62,320 nucleotides of DNA, filler included, from 4 parts of 4 records of this genome joined end to end with filler, not necessarily neighbours in it; one strand, 5' to 3'. Counted from the first letter of the whole stretch, positions 20,521 through 30,251 are shown. Notes: generated by a model not told the origin, from the sequence alone. Program-made: numbers and translations.

Positions 20521-21099
20521 ATGACAAGTCTGAAACGCACCGAGCGCTCGCGCGCACTCATCCTCGATGCTGCGGAAATCGCGTTTCGCGAACTTGGGTT
20601 CGAAGGGGCTACGGTTCATGTGATTGCCGAGCGAGCAGGTCTGACGCGCAAGACCGTCTATAATCTCTTCGGGTCGAAGGAAGACATTGCTCTCAGCCTC
20701 ATAGCGCGGGTGGAAGCCCGGGACACAGACTATCGTGACCGCATGGCCGAGGGGCAGCATGCGGTAACGTTGCTCGAAGCGGTGCTGATAGACAGTGCCC
20801 ATTGGTGCATGGCCAACCCCGCAGTGGCGCGGCTTGCACTGGTGCCGGTTCAAAGACCTTCCCTCGAGCCACCGTCAGACCGCCCCTCGTTTCAGGGGCT
20901 CGTGCGGGACATCCTGGCTCTCGGCCAGGCCCAGGGGTTGATCCGCAAGGATGAAGGACCGGAATTCATGGCCCTGATCGTACTGGGTGTCTATGGACAG
21001 GCCATGCTGAACGGTTTGCAGGCTGGCGTGGTTCCAGAGGCAGACATTCGCAAGATTGTGCGACTTGTGGTGGAAGGCATTGGCGGAGTGACTGCCTGA
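20521..21099 (+). CDS. TetR/AcrR family transcriptional regulator
   Basis: N-terminal HTH ILDAAEIAFRELGFEGATVHVIAERAGLTRKTVYNLFGSKE. Confidence 0.95.
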   Translation: MTSLKRTERSRALILDAAEIAFRELGFEGATVHVIAERAGLTRKTVYNLFGSKEDIALSLIARVEARDTDYRDRMAEGQHAVTLLEAVLIDSAHWCMANPAVARLALVPVQRPSLEPPSDRPSFQGLVRDILALGQAQGLIRKDEGPEFMALIVLGVYGQAMLNGLQAGVVPEADIRKIVRLVVEGIGGVTA

Positions 21100-21306
21100 T
21101 GCATCCATGTGTAGCGACGCTGCCATTATTACCTAGTTCGCTAGCCTCCACGACGGGGTGAATTTTAATCAGTCTGGCAAGAAACCCTTAACCATCGAGC
21201 CTGAAACCGCCTGCCAAGCATTGTTACCCACTATCGGTGGTCGTGGGTGTCACACAATTTCCCCTATTCGCTGTGTCTGATTCACTTTCCGTGGGATGAG
21301 GAGTGA

Positions 21307-22398
21307 TTGATGACGGAGAAGCGTGCCAGAACTGGCTACCCCTCTTTGGTGGTGGCCATATGTGGTTTTGTTGCACTTGGAGGTGTGATCGCGGTGCTCA
21401 GTGCCTGGTCGTTCGTCGGCCAGCGGCTGAAGGAAAGCCGCGACGCTGCACTTGCGGAAGCCGTCTCGGTCAGGGCCAGGGGTGTTGGGCTGGATTTTGC
21501 CCGGGAACTTCACCAGGATTGGCGCAATCTTCGGCTTGTTGCGGTTGAGATGACAGGGCGCGGCGAGCCTGCCGTCAGAACAGCATTGGATCTGATCGTC
21601 GCCGAAAAGGAGCGAATCTCCTGGGCCGGTCTTGCGTCGGTCGATGGAAAGGTCCTGACGGCCTCATCAGGCATGCTGGAAGGGGCCGATGTTTCCTCGC
21701 GCCCCTGGTTCACGAATGGACTTGGAGGAGATTTCGCCGGGGATGTTCATCCAGCCGTTCTTCTGGCGGAGCTGCTGCCACCCATTGGAAACGAGCCTCG
21801 CCGCTTTCTCGATATGGCAACGCCTGTAACGGATGAGTTCGGGTCGGTCGAAGGGGTGTTAGCCTTCCATATCAATCACCACTGGGTCGAGCAATATCTG
21901 ACTGAAACCGCCCATTCCATGGGGCTGGATGTCTATGTGATCGACCGGACAGGGAACATTGTTGCACGAACAGATGGCCTTTCCGAGCCGATCGACAAGC
22001 TGCAGAGTTTTCGGTCCGCAATGACCGGTGCCCGGCAAACCGGGGTGGAGAAATGGCCGGATGGCGCAACTTACTTTACGACAGTGATCCCGGTGCTCGG
22101 CTATGCGGACCTGCCCGCATTCGGCTGGAGCATGATCGCGCGCATCAACAACACTGCGCACCCCATCGGCGAATTCACGAACCTTTTCATCGTCTACTTC
22201 GTGACCCTCGGCATCGTCCTTGCCGCTCTTACGGCCTTGTTCATCCTGATTTTCGTTCGACCTTTTCGCAAACTGGCAAAAACCGCCAGGGCTGTCATGC
22301 GCGGTGAGGACATCTACCCCTATGAAGCAAGGACCACGGCGGAAGCGAGCGTGCTGAGTGCGGCTGTCGCACGGTTACAAAACAAGATGCAGCCGTAA
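21307..22398 (+). CDS. Membrane sensor-like protein: TM-Cache-TM-HAMP, no output domain
   Basis: Two TM helices flank a dCache-like region (GADVSSRPWF, FAGDVHPA, DVYVIDRTG, FGWSMIAR); HAMP-like RPFRKLAKTARAV...EASVLSAAVARL ends at the stop. Confidence 0.85.
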   Translation: MMTEKRARTGYPSLVVAICGFVALGGVIAVLSAWSFVGQRLKESRDAALAEAVSVRARGVGLDFARELHQDWRNLRLVAVEMTGRGEPAVRTALDLIVAEKERISWAGLASVDGKVLTASSGMLEGADVSSRPWFTNGLGGDFAGDVHPAVLLAELLPPIGNEPRRFLDMATPVTDEFGSVEGVLAFHINHHWVEQYLTETAHSMGLDVYVIDRTGNIVARTDGLSEPIDKLQSFRSAMTGARQTGVEKWPDGATYFTTVIPVLGYADLPAFGWSMIARINNTAHPIGEFTNLFIVYFVTLGIVLAALTALFILIFVRPFRKLAKTARAVMRGEDIYPYEARTTAEASVLSAAVARLQNKMQP

Positions 22399-22410
22399 GA
22401 TCTTGTGCTG

Positions 22411-24390
22411 TCAGCGCTGTGGCGCTGACAGCCTTTGTGCAAGGTCACCAAGCAACGCGCGGTACCGGGTTTTGGTTACGCCCGGGGCTTCTCCCGTTGT
22501 GTAGAAGCGGCGTAGCAGGGCTTCATGCTGTTCCGGTTGCGGCTCCAGCAGGAGGCGGGCGCCGTCGTCGTCCGGCATCGTCACAATGGCATTGACGATG
22601 CCAACACCGTCGATTTCGATCCGGACCGGGGTATCGTCGTGTATGGACGCACCTCGGATCCTGACGGAGTTCTGCGTCAATCCCACGATCCAGACCCGGG
22701 TTCTGCCAATGTCTGAATGAAGAATGGCCCGTTCGGGTTTGTCCTGGAAATGGATTTCGCGTCTGGGAAGTTCCACGCAGACAATCATCGTCACGCCGAG
22801 GACAATCAGGTTGTAGAACGTCCAGAACATGATCACGAGCTTGCCATCGCCCGCGTCATTATACGCAAAGTGGTCGGAGATGATGCCGAGCAGCAAGCCG
22901 AGAATGGTCAGCAGGAAGAACGTACCGAAGAGGGCAATCAAGCGCCACTGAACGACCACCCGGCTTCTGTCACCGCCTTTTGCGGTCACCGAGAAGGGAT
23001 GTCCCTTTGGACAGAACAGTCCCGTGAAGGCAGCCCTGGTAATCGGCACTGCGCCGAGCAGCTGGCTGATGTCATTGACGATCGGAACGACCAGGCCTCC
23101 GGACACAAAGTTCAAGGTGATCAGGATCCAGAGGTAATAGGTGCCGAAATAACGCAGCACTTCCTGCAAGGTCGCATCGACGACCATGATGTTGAAGTAC
23201 CAGTAGAGCAGCGGGTAGACGAGGATTGCGATCCGGAACGGAAAGTTCGTCGTCCAGTAAAGCACGCTGTCGATCACGCTCCACCGATCGGCAACTCCCA
23301 AGCGATTGTTGGAAAAGGGGCCGAACCGGCTGCGGGCGATCTGCATCATGCCGAGGCACCATCTGGCGCGCTGGCTGATGTATTCCTTGAGACCTTCCGG
23401 TGCGAGGCCTTCGGAAAGGGCTTCATTCAGGTAGACCGTGTTGTAACCGGCGTCCTTCAGGCAAAGCGTCAGAAGGAAATCCTCGGTGATGCTTTCCGTC
23501 GAAAACCATCCGATTTTCTGCAGCGCGTTCCAGCGGATGACGGAAGAGGTTCCGCAACAAAAGGCAATGCCCCAGGCATCGCGCGACGGCTGCAGGTAGT
23601 CGAAGAAAAAGCGTTGTTCGTCCGGATAGGATCGGCTGAGGCCGAGATTGTGCTGGATCGGATCCGAGTTGAAGAAATGTTGCGGCGTTTGAACCAGTCC
23701 AACCTTTTCATCCTTGAGAAGAGCGACCGTTCTTTTCAGGAAATTGCTGTGTGGAACGAAGTCTGCATCAAGGACGGCAATGAAACTGGGCGCTGTATCT
23801 TCTTTGGCCATTTGGCGAAGCGCATGGTTCATGTTGCCTGCCTTGGCCCCCGTGTTTTCGGGCCGGCTAATGTAGATAACCCCTTGCGCAACACAGTAGT
23901 CCTTCAGCCAATCGCGCCTGCTGTCATCAAGCACATGGACGCTGAAATCCGGATAATCGAGGGCAAGTGTTCCAACGATCGTCCGTTCCAGAACGTCCCG
24001 CTCTTCGTTGTAGGTGGGAATGAGAACGGCCACTTTAGGGGCTGGCTCCGGTTCCCACCAGTCTTGCTGCTGGTCCGCCTCCTGCTTGCGGTCGCGGTGC
24101 CTCGACAGGATAAGAAACGCACTCAGCGAAGACAGGCACGCTGCGCATTCGATCGCGAAGAAGGACCAGCTTGCGAGGCAGTCGAAGGTCAGATCCAGCG
24201 GTGCAAGCGTGTAGGCGGCGCGCCAATACAGATATCGCGCTGTCAGCACGGCGCAGACTGCAAAGAGCAGGGCCCTGTGCCAGGTTTTTTCCCGGGACAG
24301 AAGCAAAGGAACAAGCATTCCAAGCGCCAGCACCAGGTTGAGCTGCACGATACTGGAAACGGTGTCGCTTAGGTAAAGGACCGGAAACAT
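22411..24390 (-). CDS. Processive GT2 beta-glucan synthase (BcsA/CrdS/BgsA-like)
   Basis: PTYNE, LDD, GAKAGN, DADF, QTPQ, FFD, TED and QRARW motifs with multiple TM helices; ATG at 24390 directly after the HlyD stop. Confidence 0.92.
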   Translation of the reverse strand: MFPVLYLSDTVSSIVQLNLVLALGMLVPLLLSREKTWHRALLFAVCAVLTARYLYWRAAYTLAPLDLTFDCLASWSFFAIECAACLSSLSAFLILSRHRDRKQEADQQQDWWEPEPAPKVAVLIPTYNEERDVLERTIVGTLALDYPDFSVHVLDDSRRDWLKDYCVAQGVIYISRPENTGAKAGNMNHALRQMAKEDTAPSFIAVLDADFVPHSNFLKRTVALLKDEKVGLVQTPQHFFNSDPIQHNLGLSRSYPDEQRFFFDYLQPSRDAWGIAFCCGTSSVIRWNALQKIGWFSTESITEDFLLTLCLKDAGYNTVYLNEALSEGLAPEGLKEYISQRARWCLGMMQIARSRFGPFSNNRLGVADRWSVIDSVLYWTTNFPFRIAILVYPLLYWYFNIMVVDATLQEVLRYFGTYYLWILITLNFVSGGLVVPIVNDISQLLGAVPITRAAFTGLFCPKGHPFSVTAKGGDRSRVVVQWRLIALFGTFFLLTILGLLLGIISDHFAYNDAGDGKLVIMFWTFYNLIVLGVTMIVCVELPRREIHFQDKPERAILHSDIGRTRVWIVGLTQNSVRIRGASIHDDTPVRIEIDGVGIVNAIVTMPDDDGARLLLEPQPEQHEALLRRFYTTGEAPGVTKTRYRALLGDLAQRLSAPQR

Positions 24391-24391
24391 C

Positions 24392-25585
24392 TCAGAGCCA
24401 GAGGGTGCGCAGGAAATCGAGAGGTCTTGCTTCGAAGAAAACCCGGCCCGTTCTCCCGATCGCACAGGCGAGTGCCGGATCTTCGCGGATTGCGGGTACG
24501 ACAAGCGTCACGTCGAAGCGCTGCAGGTGTCTTTCGCTGGGCGCAACGGCAAGGTTTCGGTAAATCGTCTCTGCTCCGGAACCGGCCAGACGCGTGATCG
24601 TACCCTCCAGAACCTTCTGGTCGTTGCTCACGCGAAACTTGGCAAGGTCTCCGATCTTGAGGCGGTTATAGACGGATTCCGCGACACTCAAGGTGATGAT
24701 CGTGGAGGTGCAATTCACCAGGCGCATCAATGGCTCGCCTCGTTCAACCGTCTCGCCGTTTGCCGTCAGCACTTCCCAAACGGTTCCGTCGACGTTCGAA
24801 ATGAGTTTCGAGGAGGCCAGCCGGTTCACTCTCAGCCGCTCGACATTGATGCGATTGTCCAAGGCCTTTGCCTTTTCCTTTTCCGCATTGAGCAAGGCCT
24901 GGTTTTCGGATTGTTCCAGTGTCAGTTCCGAAATGCGTTGTTCGGAGTAGGGAGCATCATTGTAACCATCGCCCAGAAACGTTCCGTCTTGAGCCGCCTG
25001 CAGTTCGATCTCGACAACGGCCGCCCGCTGGCGTGCACTTTCCAGATCCTGCGCTGCAACCCTTTGCGTCGCTCTGATCCGCTCGAAGGAGGCTGAAGCC
25101 TCCAGGCCGCGATCTGTCAGCTGTTTGGAGCGCTGGAAAGCTGCCTCCGCCTCATCCCCCCTGGCTTCGGCGGCACCGATTTCGAAGGTCAAGGCACGCA
25201 GCTCCGCTTGAAGCTGCAGGATCCGCTGCTGCTGATAGCGCTCCGATCTCGCCTGCAAATCACTGACGGACTGTTCAATCGCGGCTATCACGGTCGACAG
25301 TCGGTCGACCTCGGCTGTCGCAAACGCCTTTTCGCGGATCATGTCGTTGAGGTAGATGTTGTCGACAAGGGGATCATCGATCGACCCCAGTTGTTCACCC
25401 TCCGCTACAGACGATCCGAGCAGCCGGTGCTCCAGCGTCAGTTGTCCGGCTGTCGGCGCCCGTACCGTTGTGAGCCTTGCATTGATAACCGCATCTGCGC
25501 TGGTGCCTGACAACTGCTCCCCTGCAATCACAAACCCCGCGGCGACGATGACCATGCCTGCTAGCAACAATCTCAGAATCCGCAT
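24392..25585 (-). CDS. HlyD/membrane-fusion family protein (BgsB-like)
   Basis: N-terminal TM anchor, lipoyl half-motifs (VRAPTAG...SNVDGTV..GETVERGEPL), long coiled coil and C-terminal CAIGRTGRV; ATG at 25585 after GAGAGG. Confidence 0.88.
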   Translation of the reverse strand: MRILRLLLAGMVIVAAGFVIAGEQLSGTSADAVINARLTTVRAPTAGQLTLEHRLLGSSVAEGEQLGSIDDPLVDNIYLNDMIREKAFATAEVDRLSTVIAAIEQSVSDLQARSERYQQQRILQLQAELRALTFEIGAAEARGDEAEAAFQRSKQLTDRGLEASASFERIRATQRVAAQDLESARQRAAVVEIELQAAQDGTFLGDGYNDAPYSEQRISELTLEQSENQALLNAEKEKAKALDNRINVERLRVNRLASSKLISNVDGTVWEVLTANGETVERGEPLMRLVNCTSTIITLSVAESVYNRLKIGDLAKFRVSNDQKVLEGTITRLAGSGAETIYRNLAVAPSERHLQRFDVTLVVPAIREDPALACAIGRTGRVFFEARPLDFLRTLWL

Positions 25586-25939
25586 CTGACCTCTCAAATG
25601 AGTCTGTCGAGAAGGAATGCCCCCAGCGCAAACTCCCGTATCGCGTGAAGCGTGTAAAGGGAGCTTCTTTGCATTAGTTAATATCCCGGGCCTGTGGAAA
25701 GAATACCAATCTATTCAATCGACAAGGGGACTTAAGCGAATTCGATCAAAGGTTGTGGAGGGAGGGAAATCGAAGCATTCCCGCATCCCGTGGCGCATGA
25801 GCGAGGCACGTCCTGATCCCGAAGGACAGTTTTGCAGACCCTTCAAACCGACCTGACTTCACAGGTTTTCTGGCAATTGCAGCGGTTTAAGACGCAGGGC
25901 AGTTCAAGCGTCAATTCATTGAGTATCGTCTTCTTGTAA

Positions 25940-26302
25940 TCAGCCCGCCCGTGCGGCGTTCCAATCCGCAAGGTGCCGCAGGATTGGCACCAGGGCGAGG
26001 CCATCGCGTGTCAATGAATAGCCGGTTGCAACATGTGCCGATCGGGACACCAACCCATCTTTTTCAAGTTCGCGCATTGCTCGAACGAGCACTCGACGGC
26101 TTGCAAATTCTAGGCGGCGCTGAATGTCCGGTAGGCCGCTATCCTTCTCGGATAGTACAATCAGGATCGACGCTTTCCACTGTCCGCTCACGGTCTGGAG
26201 GCCGGCTGCAAGATCACACCATCCATGAAGATTGCCCCGGTTTCGCTCCTGGATCGTCGACCAGGTCCGGCGGCCTGTGTCAAAATTGTCAGACTGGTCC
26301 AT
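25940..26302 (-). CDS. HxlR family winged-helix regulator
   Basis: C-x6-TVSGQWKASIL, SRRVLVRAMRELEKDGLVSR and YSLTRDG. Confidence 0.85.
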   Translation of the reverse strand: MDQSDNFDTGRRTWSTIQERNRGNLHGWCDLAAGLQTVSGQWKASILIVLSEKDSGLPDIQRRLEFASRRVLVRAMRELEKDGLVSRSAHVATGYSLTRDGLALVPILRHLADWNAARAG

Positions 26303-26349
26303 GCGCGGGAAACTCCGATAGGTGTCTCCCGAAACATGGAGACCACGCG

Positions 26350-26805
26350 ATGTCAGTACAAGTTTTCACCGGATTTCATCACTCTGCGATCCGCTCCCCG
26401 GACCTTCAGCGTTCCGTTTCCTTTTATGAGGAAATCGGTTTCCACCAGGTGCACGACTGGAGACTGCCGAGCTATGGCATCGATCGCGCGGTAATGATGC
26501 AGGCACCCGACAGGAAAAGCTGGATCGAATTGTTCGACCTGAGGGCCGAGATCCCGATGCAAGGTGTTGGTGCGCAGCAGGGGCAAAAGGTTTCGACAGG
26601 TGCGCTCGCGCACCTCTGCCTGAGCGTGACGGATCTTGATCAGGCTTGCGTGCGGATTGTCGAAGCCGGTGCGAGGCATCTGCACGGCCCGGAAGCACTG
26701 ACACTTGGCCAACCCGAAGTGCGGGTTCGCAACGCAATCTTTGAAGGGCCGGCCGGCGAGATCATCGAACTCTTGCAGACCGTTAGCTTCCCCGGTGATC
26801 GCTAG
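26350..26805 (+). CDS. VOC/glyoxalase family protein
   Basis: FHHSAIRSPDLQRSVSFY, WIELF, HLCLSVTD and GPAGEIIEL metal-binding motifs; ATG at 26350 after GGAGA. Confidence 0.92.
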   Translation: MSVQVFTGFHHSAIRSPDLQRSVSFYEEIGFHQVHDWRLPSYGIDRAVMMQAPDRKSWIELFDLRAEIPMQGVGAQQGQKVSTGALAHLCLSVTDLDQACVRIVEAGARHLHGPEALTLGQPEVRVRNAIFEGPAGEIIELLQTVSFPGDR

Positions 26806-26838
26806 GTTTGGATAGCTCTCGGGAGATCGCGTCGCCCA

Positions 26839-28038
26839 TTAATCCCGCCCGTTGTCCCAGGCCTTGAGCTGGTCCACGGCCCGTTTGGGGCCAAGGGTCA
26901 GGCGGTAGAAGTCGAAGAGACCCGGACGCACCGAGGCGAAAAAGTAATTGAAGTGAAGCGCAAAGAAGCGAAAGCGCAGGTAGTGAAACCTCTTTGCGGT
27001 CATTCGGTCCGGAATGCACACGCTGTACCGTCTGGGTTCCGGCAACGTCTCGCCCGATTTGTTCGGCTGCGCATAACGCGCCACAGGCGTGGTGCGGCCA
27101 CCGCAGAGCGGGTCATGCGGGCCGTAAAGATCCGTCCAGTCGACACCGGACCGTGCCACCGCCGTCATGGCATCACCAAAGCCGTCTTGCGCCCCGAACC
27201 CGCCGAGGCAATCGAACGCCGGTCCCATCGTGACAAAAGAGAAGCCGCCGGGGCGTCGAACGATATCCGGCTGCCGGCGCAGGACAGCGGCAAGAATGTA
27301 GATCGCCACGAACGTGCCGCAGCTGTGCGACACGAACACCAGGTCCGTATCTTCGTCCGCTTCCGCGGCCGCGGCAACGATGAGGTCGGCGCTTTCTTCG
27401 ATACGGGCAAGCATCTCGGGGTGGTCGTTACGGGCAAGCCGGGCCATGAAGTGCCAGCTGTTGACCAGGTACCGGAAGTAGGACCTGGGTTCCAGCCAGG
27501 TCATGAGCAGGTAAACCGCGAGCATCCACGCCGCGCTGCCTCCCAGCAACACGGACCAGGCGATTTCTTCGGCATGGCCTTGCCGAACCGCCGCGCCCAC
27601 ATTGCGCAGAATGACCGGTGCCAGAAGAATGGGTGGCAACAGGCTGGCCAGGAAATAGAGAAGCAGTCCAACGGGGGGATAAAGACAGAAGACCCCATGC
27701 GCCCAGTTGCTTTTCAATGCAGCCCGATATCCGCCCGCCTGGGCGATCATCATGAAGGACCGGATGGCATCTGCAATCGTGCGTGGCCAGGAGCGACGAA
27801 AATCGGCCTTGATGACGTCCCGCCAGCCAAGCTGCACAAACGTTGTCTCGACACGGCTGTCCGGCCAGTCGACATGCCCGCTCCAACTGGCCGTGGTGCC
27901 GCCGGGATCAAGACCTTCGGTGAGCTGGGAAAGGGCACCGTTCACCTTCCGGATCTTCAGGAAGGTGTCGAACTCCTTGCGGAGCAACGGGAAGCAGTAA
28001 CGGGCCGGACGCAAATCATAGCCAGGAAAATAGATCAC
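26839..28038 (-). CDS. Hypothetical membrane-associated alpha/beta-hydrolase-like protein
   Basis: IYFPGYD N-motif, two TM helices, nucleophile-elbow-like VSHSCG, later DPL and H residues. Confidence 0.65.
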   Translation of the reverse strand: MIYFPGYDLRPARYCFPLLRKEFDTFLKIRKVNGALSQLTEGLDPGGTTASWSGHVDWPDSRVETTFVQLGWRDVIKADFRRSWPRTIADAIRSFMMIAQAGGYRAALKSNWAHGVFCLYPPVGLLLYFLASLLPPILLAPVILRNVGAAVRQGHAEEIAWSVLLGGSAAWMLAVYLLMTWLEPRSYFRYLVNSWHFMARLARNDHPEMLARIEESADLIVAAAAEADEDTDLVFVSHSCGTFVAIYILAAVLRRQPDIVRRPGGFSFVTMGPAFDCLGGFGAQDGFGDAMTAVARSGVDWTDLYGPHDPLCGGRTTPVARYAQPNKSGETLPEPRRYSVCIPDRMTAKRFHYLRFRFFALHFNYFFASVRPGLFDFYRLTLGPKRAVDQLKAWDNGRD

Positions 28039-28295
28039 CAGTCGGTTCAGGCGGTTCTTTATTTTTCTCTCCTGACAATACTGCTCGTTTAACCGGTCTT
28101 TGCGAGCCGGCTATTATTCTTGTTCGGACAGGCTCCATCGACTTCCCCAGCCTGCGGATCCAGCATGCACCAAACGACATGGAGGCGGCACCTGGCAAGA
28201 TCTGTTCCCCTCTTTGCCCACTGGACTTTCGTTTCGCCGTCACTATGCTGCACCTGCGAAAAGAAACCCCGGGCGGGAAACGGGGTCGCGGGAGG

Positions 28296-29156
28296 ATGAA
28301 ACAGATGATCATCTGCCGGACGAAGGCGGAGATGCGCGAAGCCGTGCGAGGCTGGAAACGCGCGGGTGAAACCGTCGGGGTGGTGCCGACAATGGGCTAT
28401 CTGCATGAGGGCCATCTCGGCCTCGTGCGCATGGCGCGGCAAAAGGCAGACCGCGTGGTTGCCACCATTTTCGTCAACCCCACTCAGTTTGGCGCCAATG
28501 AGGATCTGTCGACCTATCCGCGTGATGAAGCGCGTGATCTGGCGCTTCTGGAGGCGGAAGGCACCGACGCCGTGTTTCTGCCGAGCGTTGAGGAAATGTA
28601 CGGCGCCGGCGGAGATACCTTCGTCGAGGTTCCGGGCCTCTCCGCCATTTTGCAGGGCGCTCTCAGGCCCGGTCATTTCCGGGGTGTCTCTACGGTCGTC
28701 ACCAAGCTATTCAACATTGTCACGCCGGATTTCGCTGTCTTCGGCGAGAAGGACTATCAGCAGCTCACCTTGATCCGGCAGATGGTTCGCGATCTTGACA
28801 TGCCGCTGGAAATCGTGCCGCACAAGACAGTGCGTGAGGCAGACGGGCTCGCGATGTCGTCGCGCAACGTTCGCCTGACGGCGGAGCACCGGGCCGACGC
28901 TGTCCAGCTCAGCCGGTCGCTCAGCGCTGCGGAGGAACTCGCGAAATCGGCCCCGGCAATTTCGGTGCTGGAAGCTGCTGTCCGCAAAAGCCTTGCCGAA
29001 GCGCCCTCGGGAAAGGTGGAAAGCGTCGACATTCGCGATGCGGAAACCCTTGAAGAGCTTTCCGGCATGCTTGACCGCCCGGCCGTGGTGCTGCTGGCCG
29101 TGCGCTTCGGCACCGTTCTCCTGATCGACCAGCGGGTGATTGCACCCGCCACCTGA
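28296..29156 (+). CDS. panC: Pantoate--beta-alanine ligase
   Basis: PTMGYLHEGH, FVNPTQF, RPGHF, FGEKDYQQ and GLAMSSRN motifs; ATG at 28296 after GGGAGG. Confidence 0.97.
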   Translation: MKQMIICRTKAEMREAVRGWKRAGETVGVVPTMGYLHEGHLGLVRMARQKADRVVATIFVNPTQFGANEDLSTYPRDEARDLALLEAEGTDAVFLPSVEEMYGAGGDTFVEVPGLSAILQGALRPGHFRGVSTVVTKLFNIVTPDFAVFGEKDYQQLTLIRQMVRDLDMPLEIVPHKTVREADGLAMSSRNVRLTAEHRADAVQLSRSLSAAEELAKSAPAISVLEAAVRKSLAEAPSGKVESVDIRDAETLEELSGMLDRPAVVLLAVRFGTVLLIDQRVIAPAT

Positions 29157-29192
29157 TAATCCGTCTCAAGCCCCTTATCGAAAGGACGCCGC

Positions 29193-30002
29193 ATGAGCAC
29201 CCAGAAACCCGTTCGCCGCATCACGGCCCCGCAGATCACCCGCCGCAAGGGCGGAGACCCCATCGTCTCGCTGACCTCCTATCACGCGCATACGGCGGCC
29301 ATCGTCGACAAATACGCCGATTTCATCCTGGTGGGTGACAGCCTCGGCATGGTCATGCACGGCATGGAATCCACCGTCGGCGTCTCGCTGGAACTGATGA
29401 TCATGCACGGCAAGGCCGTGGTAAGCGGCACCAGCCGGGCGCTGGTGGTGGTCGACATGCCCTTCGGCACCTATGAGGAAAGCCCTTCGGTCGCCTTCCG
29501 CAACGCTGCCCGTGTGATGAAGGAAACCCAGTGCGGGGCCGTAAAGCTTGAAGGCGGTGCCCGCATGGCCGAGACCATCCGCTTCCTGAGCGAGCGAGGC
29601 ATTCCGGTGATGGCCCACATCGGTCTGACGCCGCAATCGGTCAACGTCATGGGCGGTTTCAAGACGCAAGGGCGCGACGAGGACAGCTGGGCCAGCCACG
29701 AAGAAGACGCAAGAGCCGTTGCCGAGGCAGGCGCTTTCGCGCTGGTTCTGGAAGGCATGGTCGAGCCACTGGCGGCGAGGATCACCAAACAGATCGCGAT
29801 CCCGACCATCGGCATCGGAGCGTCCGCGGAGTGCGACGGTCAGATCCTGGTGCTGGAGGACATGCTCGGCCTTAATCCGACGCCCCCAAAATTCGTCAAG
29901 GTCTACGGCAATCTTGGCGGCCAGATCGAGGCAGCGGTGAAAGCCTATTCGGAAGAGGTCAAGGAGCGCAGCTTCCCCGGTGAGAGCGAGGTTTACCGGT
30001 AG
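29193..30002 (+). CDS. panB: 3-methyl-2-oxobutanoate hydroxymethyltransferase
   Basis: [27 protein letters not shown] and DGQILV motifs. Confidence 0.97.
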   Translation: MSTQKPVRRITAPQITRRKGGDPIVSLTSYHAHTAAIVDKYADFILVGDSLGMVMHGMESTVGVSLELMIMHGKAVVSGTSRALVVVDMPFGTYEESPSVAFRNAARVMKETQCGAVKLEGGARMAETIRFLSERGIPVMAHIGLTPQSVNVMGGFKTQGRDEDSWASHEEDARAVAEAGAFALVLEGMVEPLAARITKQIAIPTIGIGASAECDGQILVLEDMLGLNPTPPKFVKVYGNLGGQIEAAVKAYSEEVKERSFPGESEVYR

Positions 30003-30027
30003 AGGCCAGTTTCTCACCTCTCTGCTT

Positions 30028-30156
30028 GTCGTCCCGGACGCAGTGAAACGGAGATCCGGGATCGGGGCGTCCGTGCCTTGCCCTTTGAGCGCATGCCCAC
30101 GCCGTGCGCCGGTGGCTCTCCGATCCTGGCTCGGGCTGACGCTTGGCCGGGATGAC
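30028..30156. repeat. RIME/MITE-like intergenic palindromic element
   Basis: Terminal inverted repeats GTCGTCCCGG...CCGGGATGAC with an internal hairpin at each end (TCCCGGA...TCCGGGA at left). Confidence 0.7.
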
Positions 30157-30251
30157 GATGGAAAGGTTTGTTTTCCGGCGCTATCCGATGGAATGAAATT
30201 AACGCCCGATTTCCGGCTGCAATGAATTCTCGCCAGGCGTAAAGTCGGGTC

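Noticed and set aside
22717..24372. 551-aa antisense ORF over the glucan synthase (also 16807-18105, 26953-28092, 29175-30413, 53944-55071)
   Set aside because: These are shadow ORFs caused by GC-rich codon bias on the opposite strand, with no motifs or RBS.
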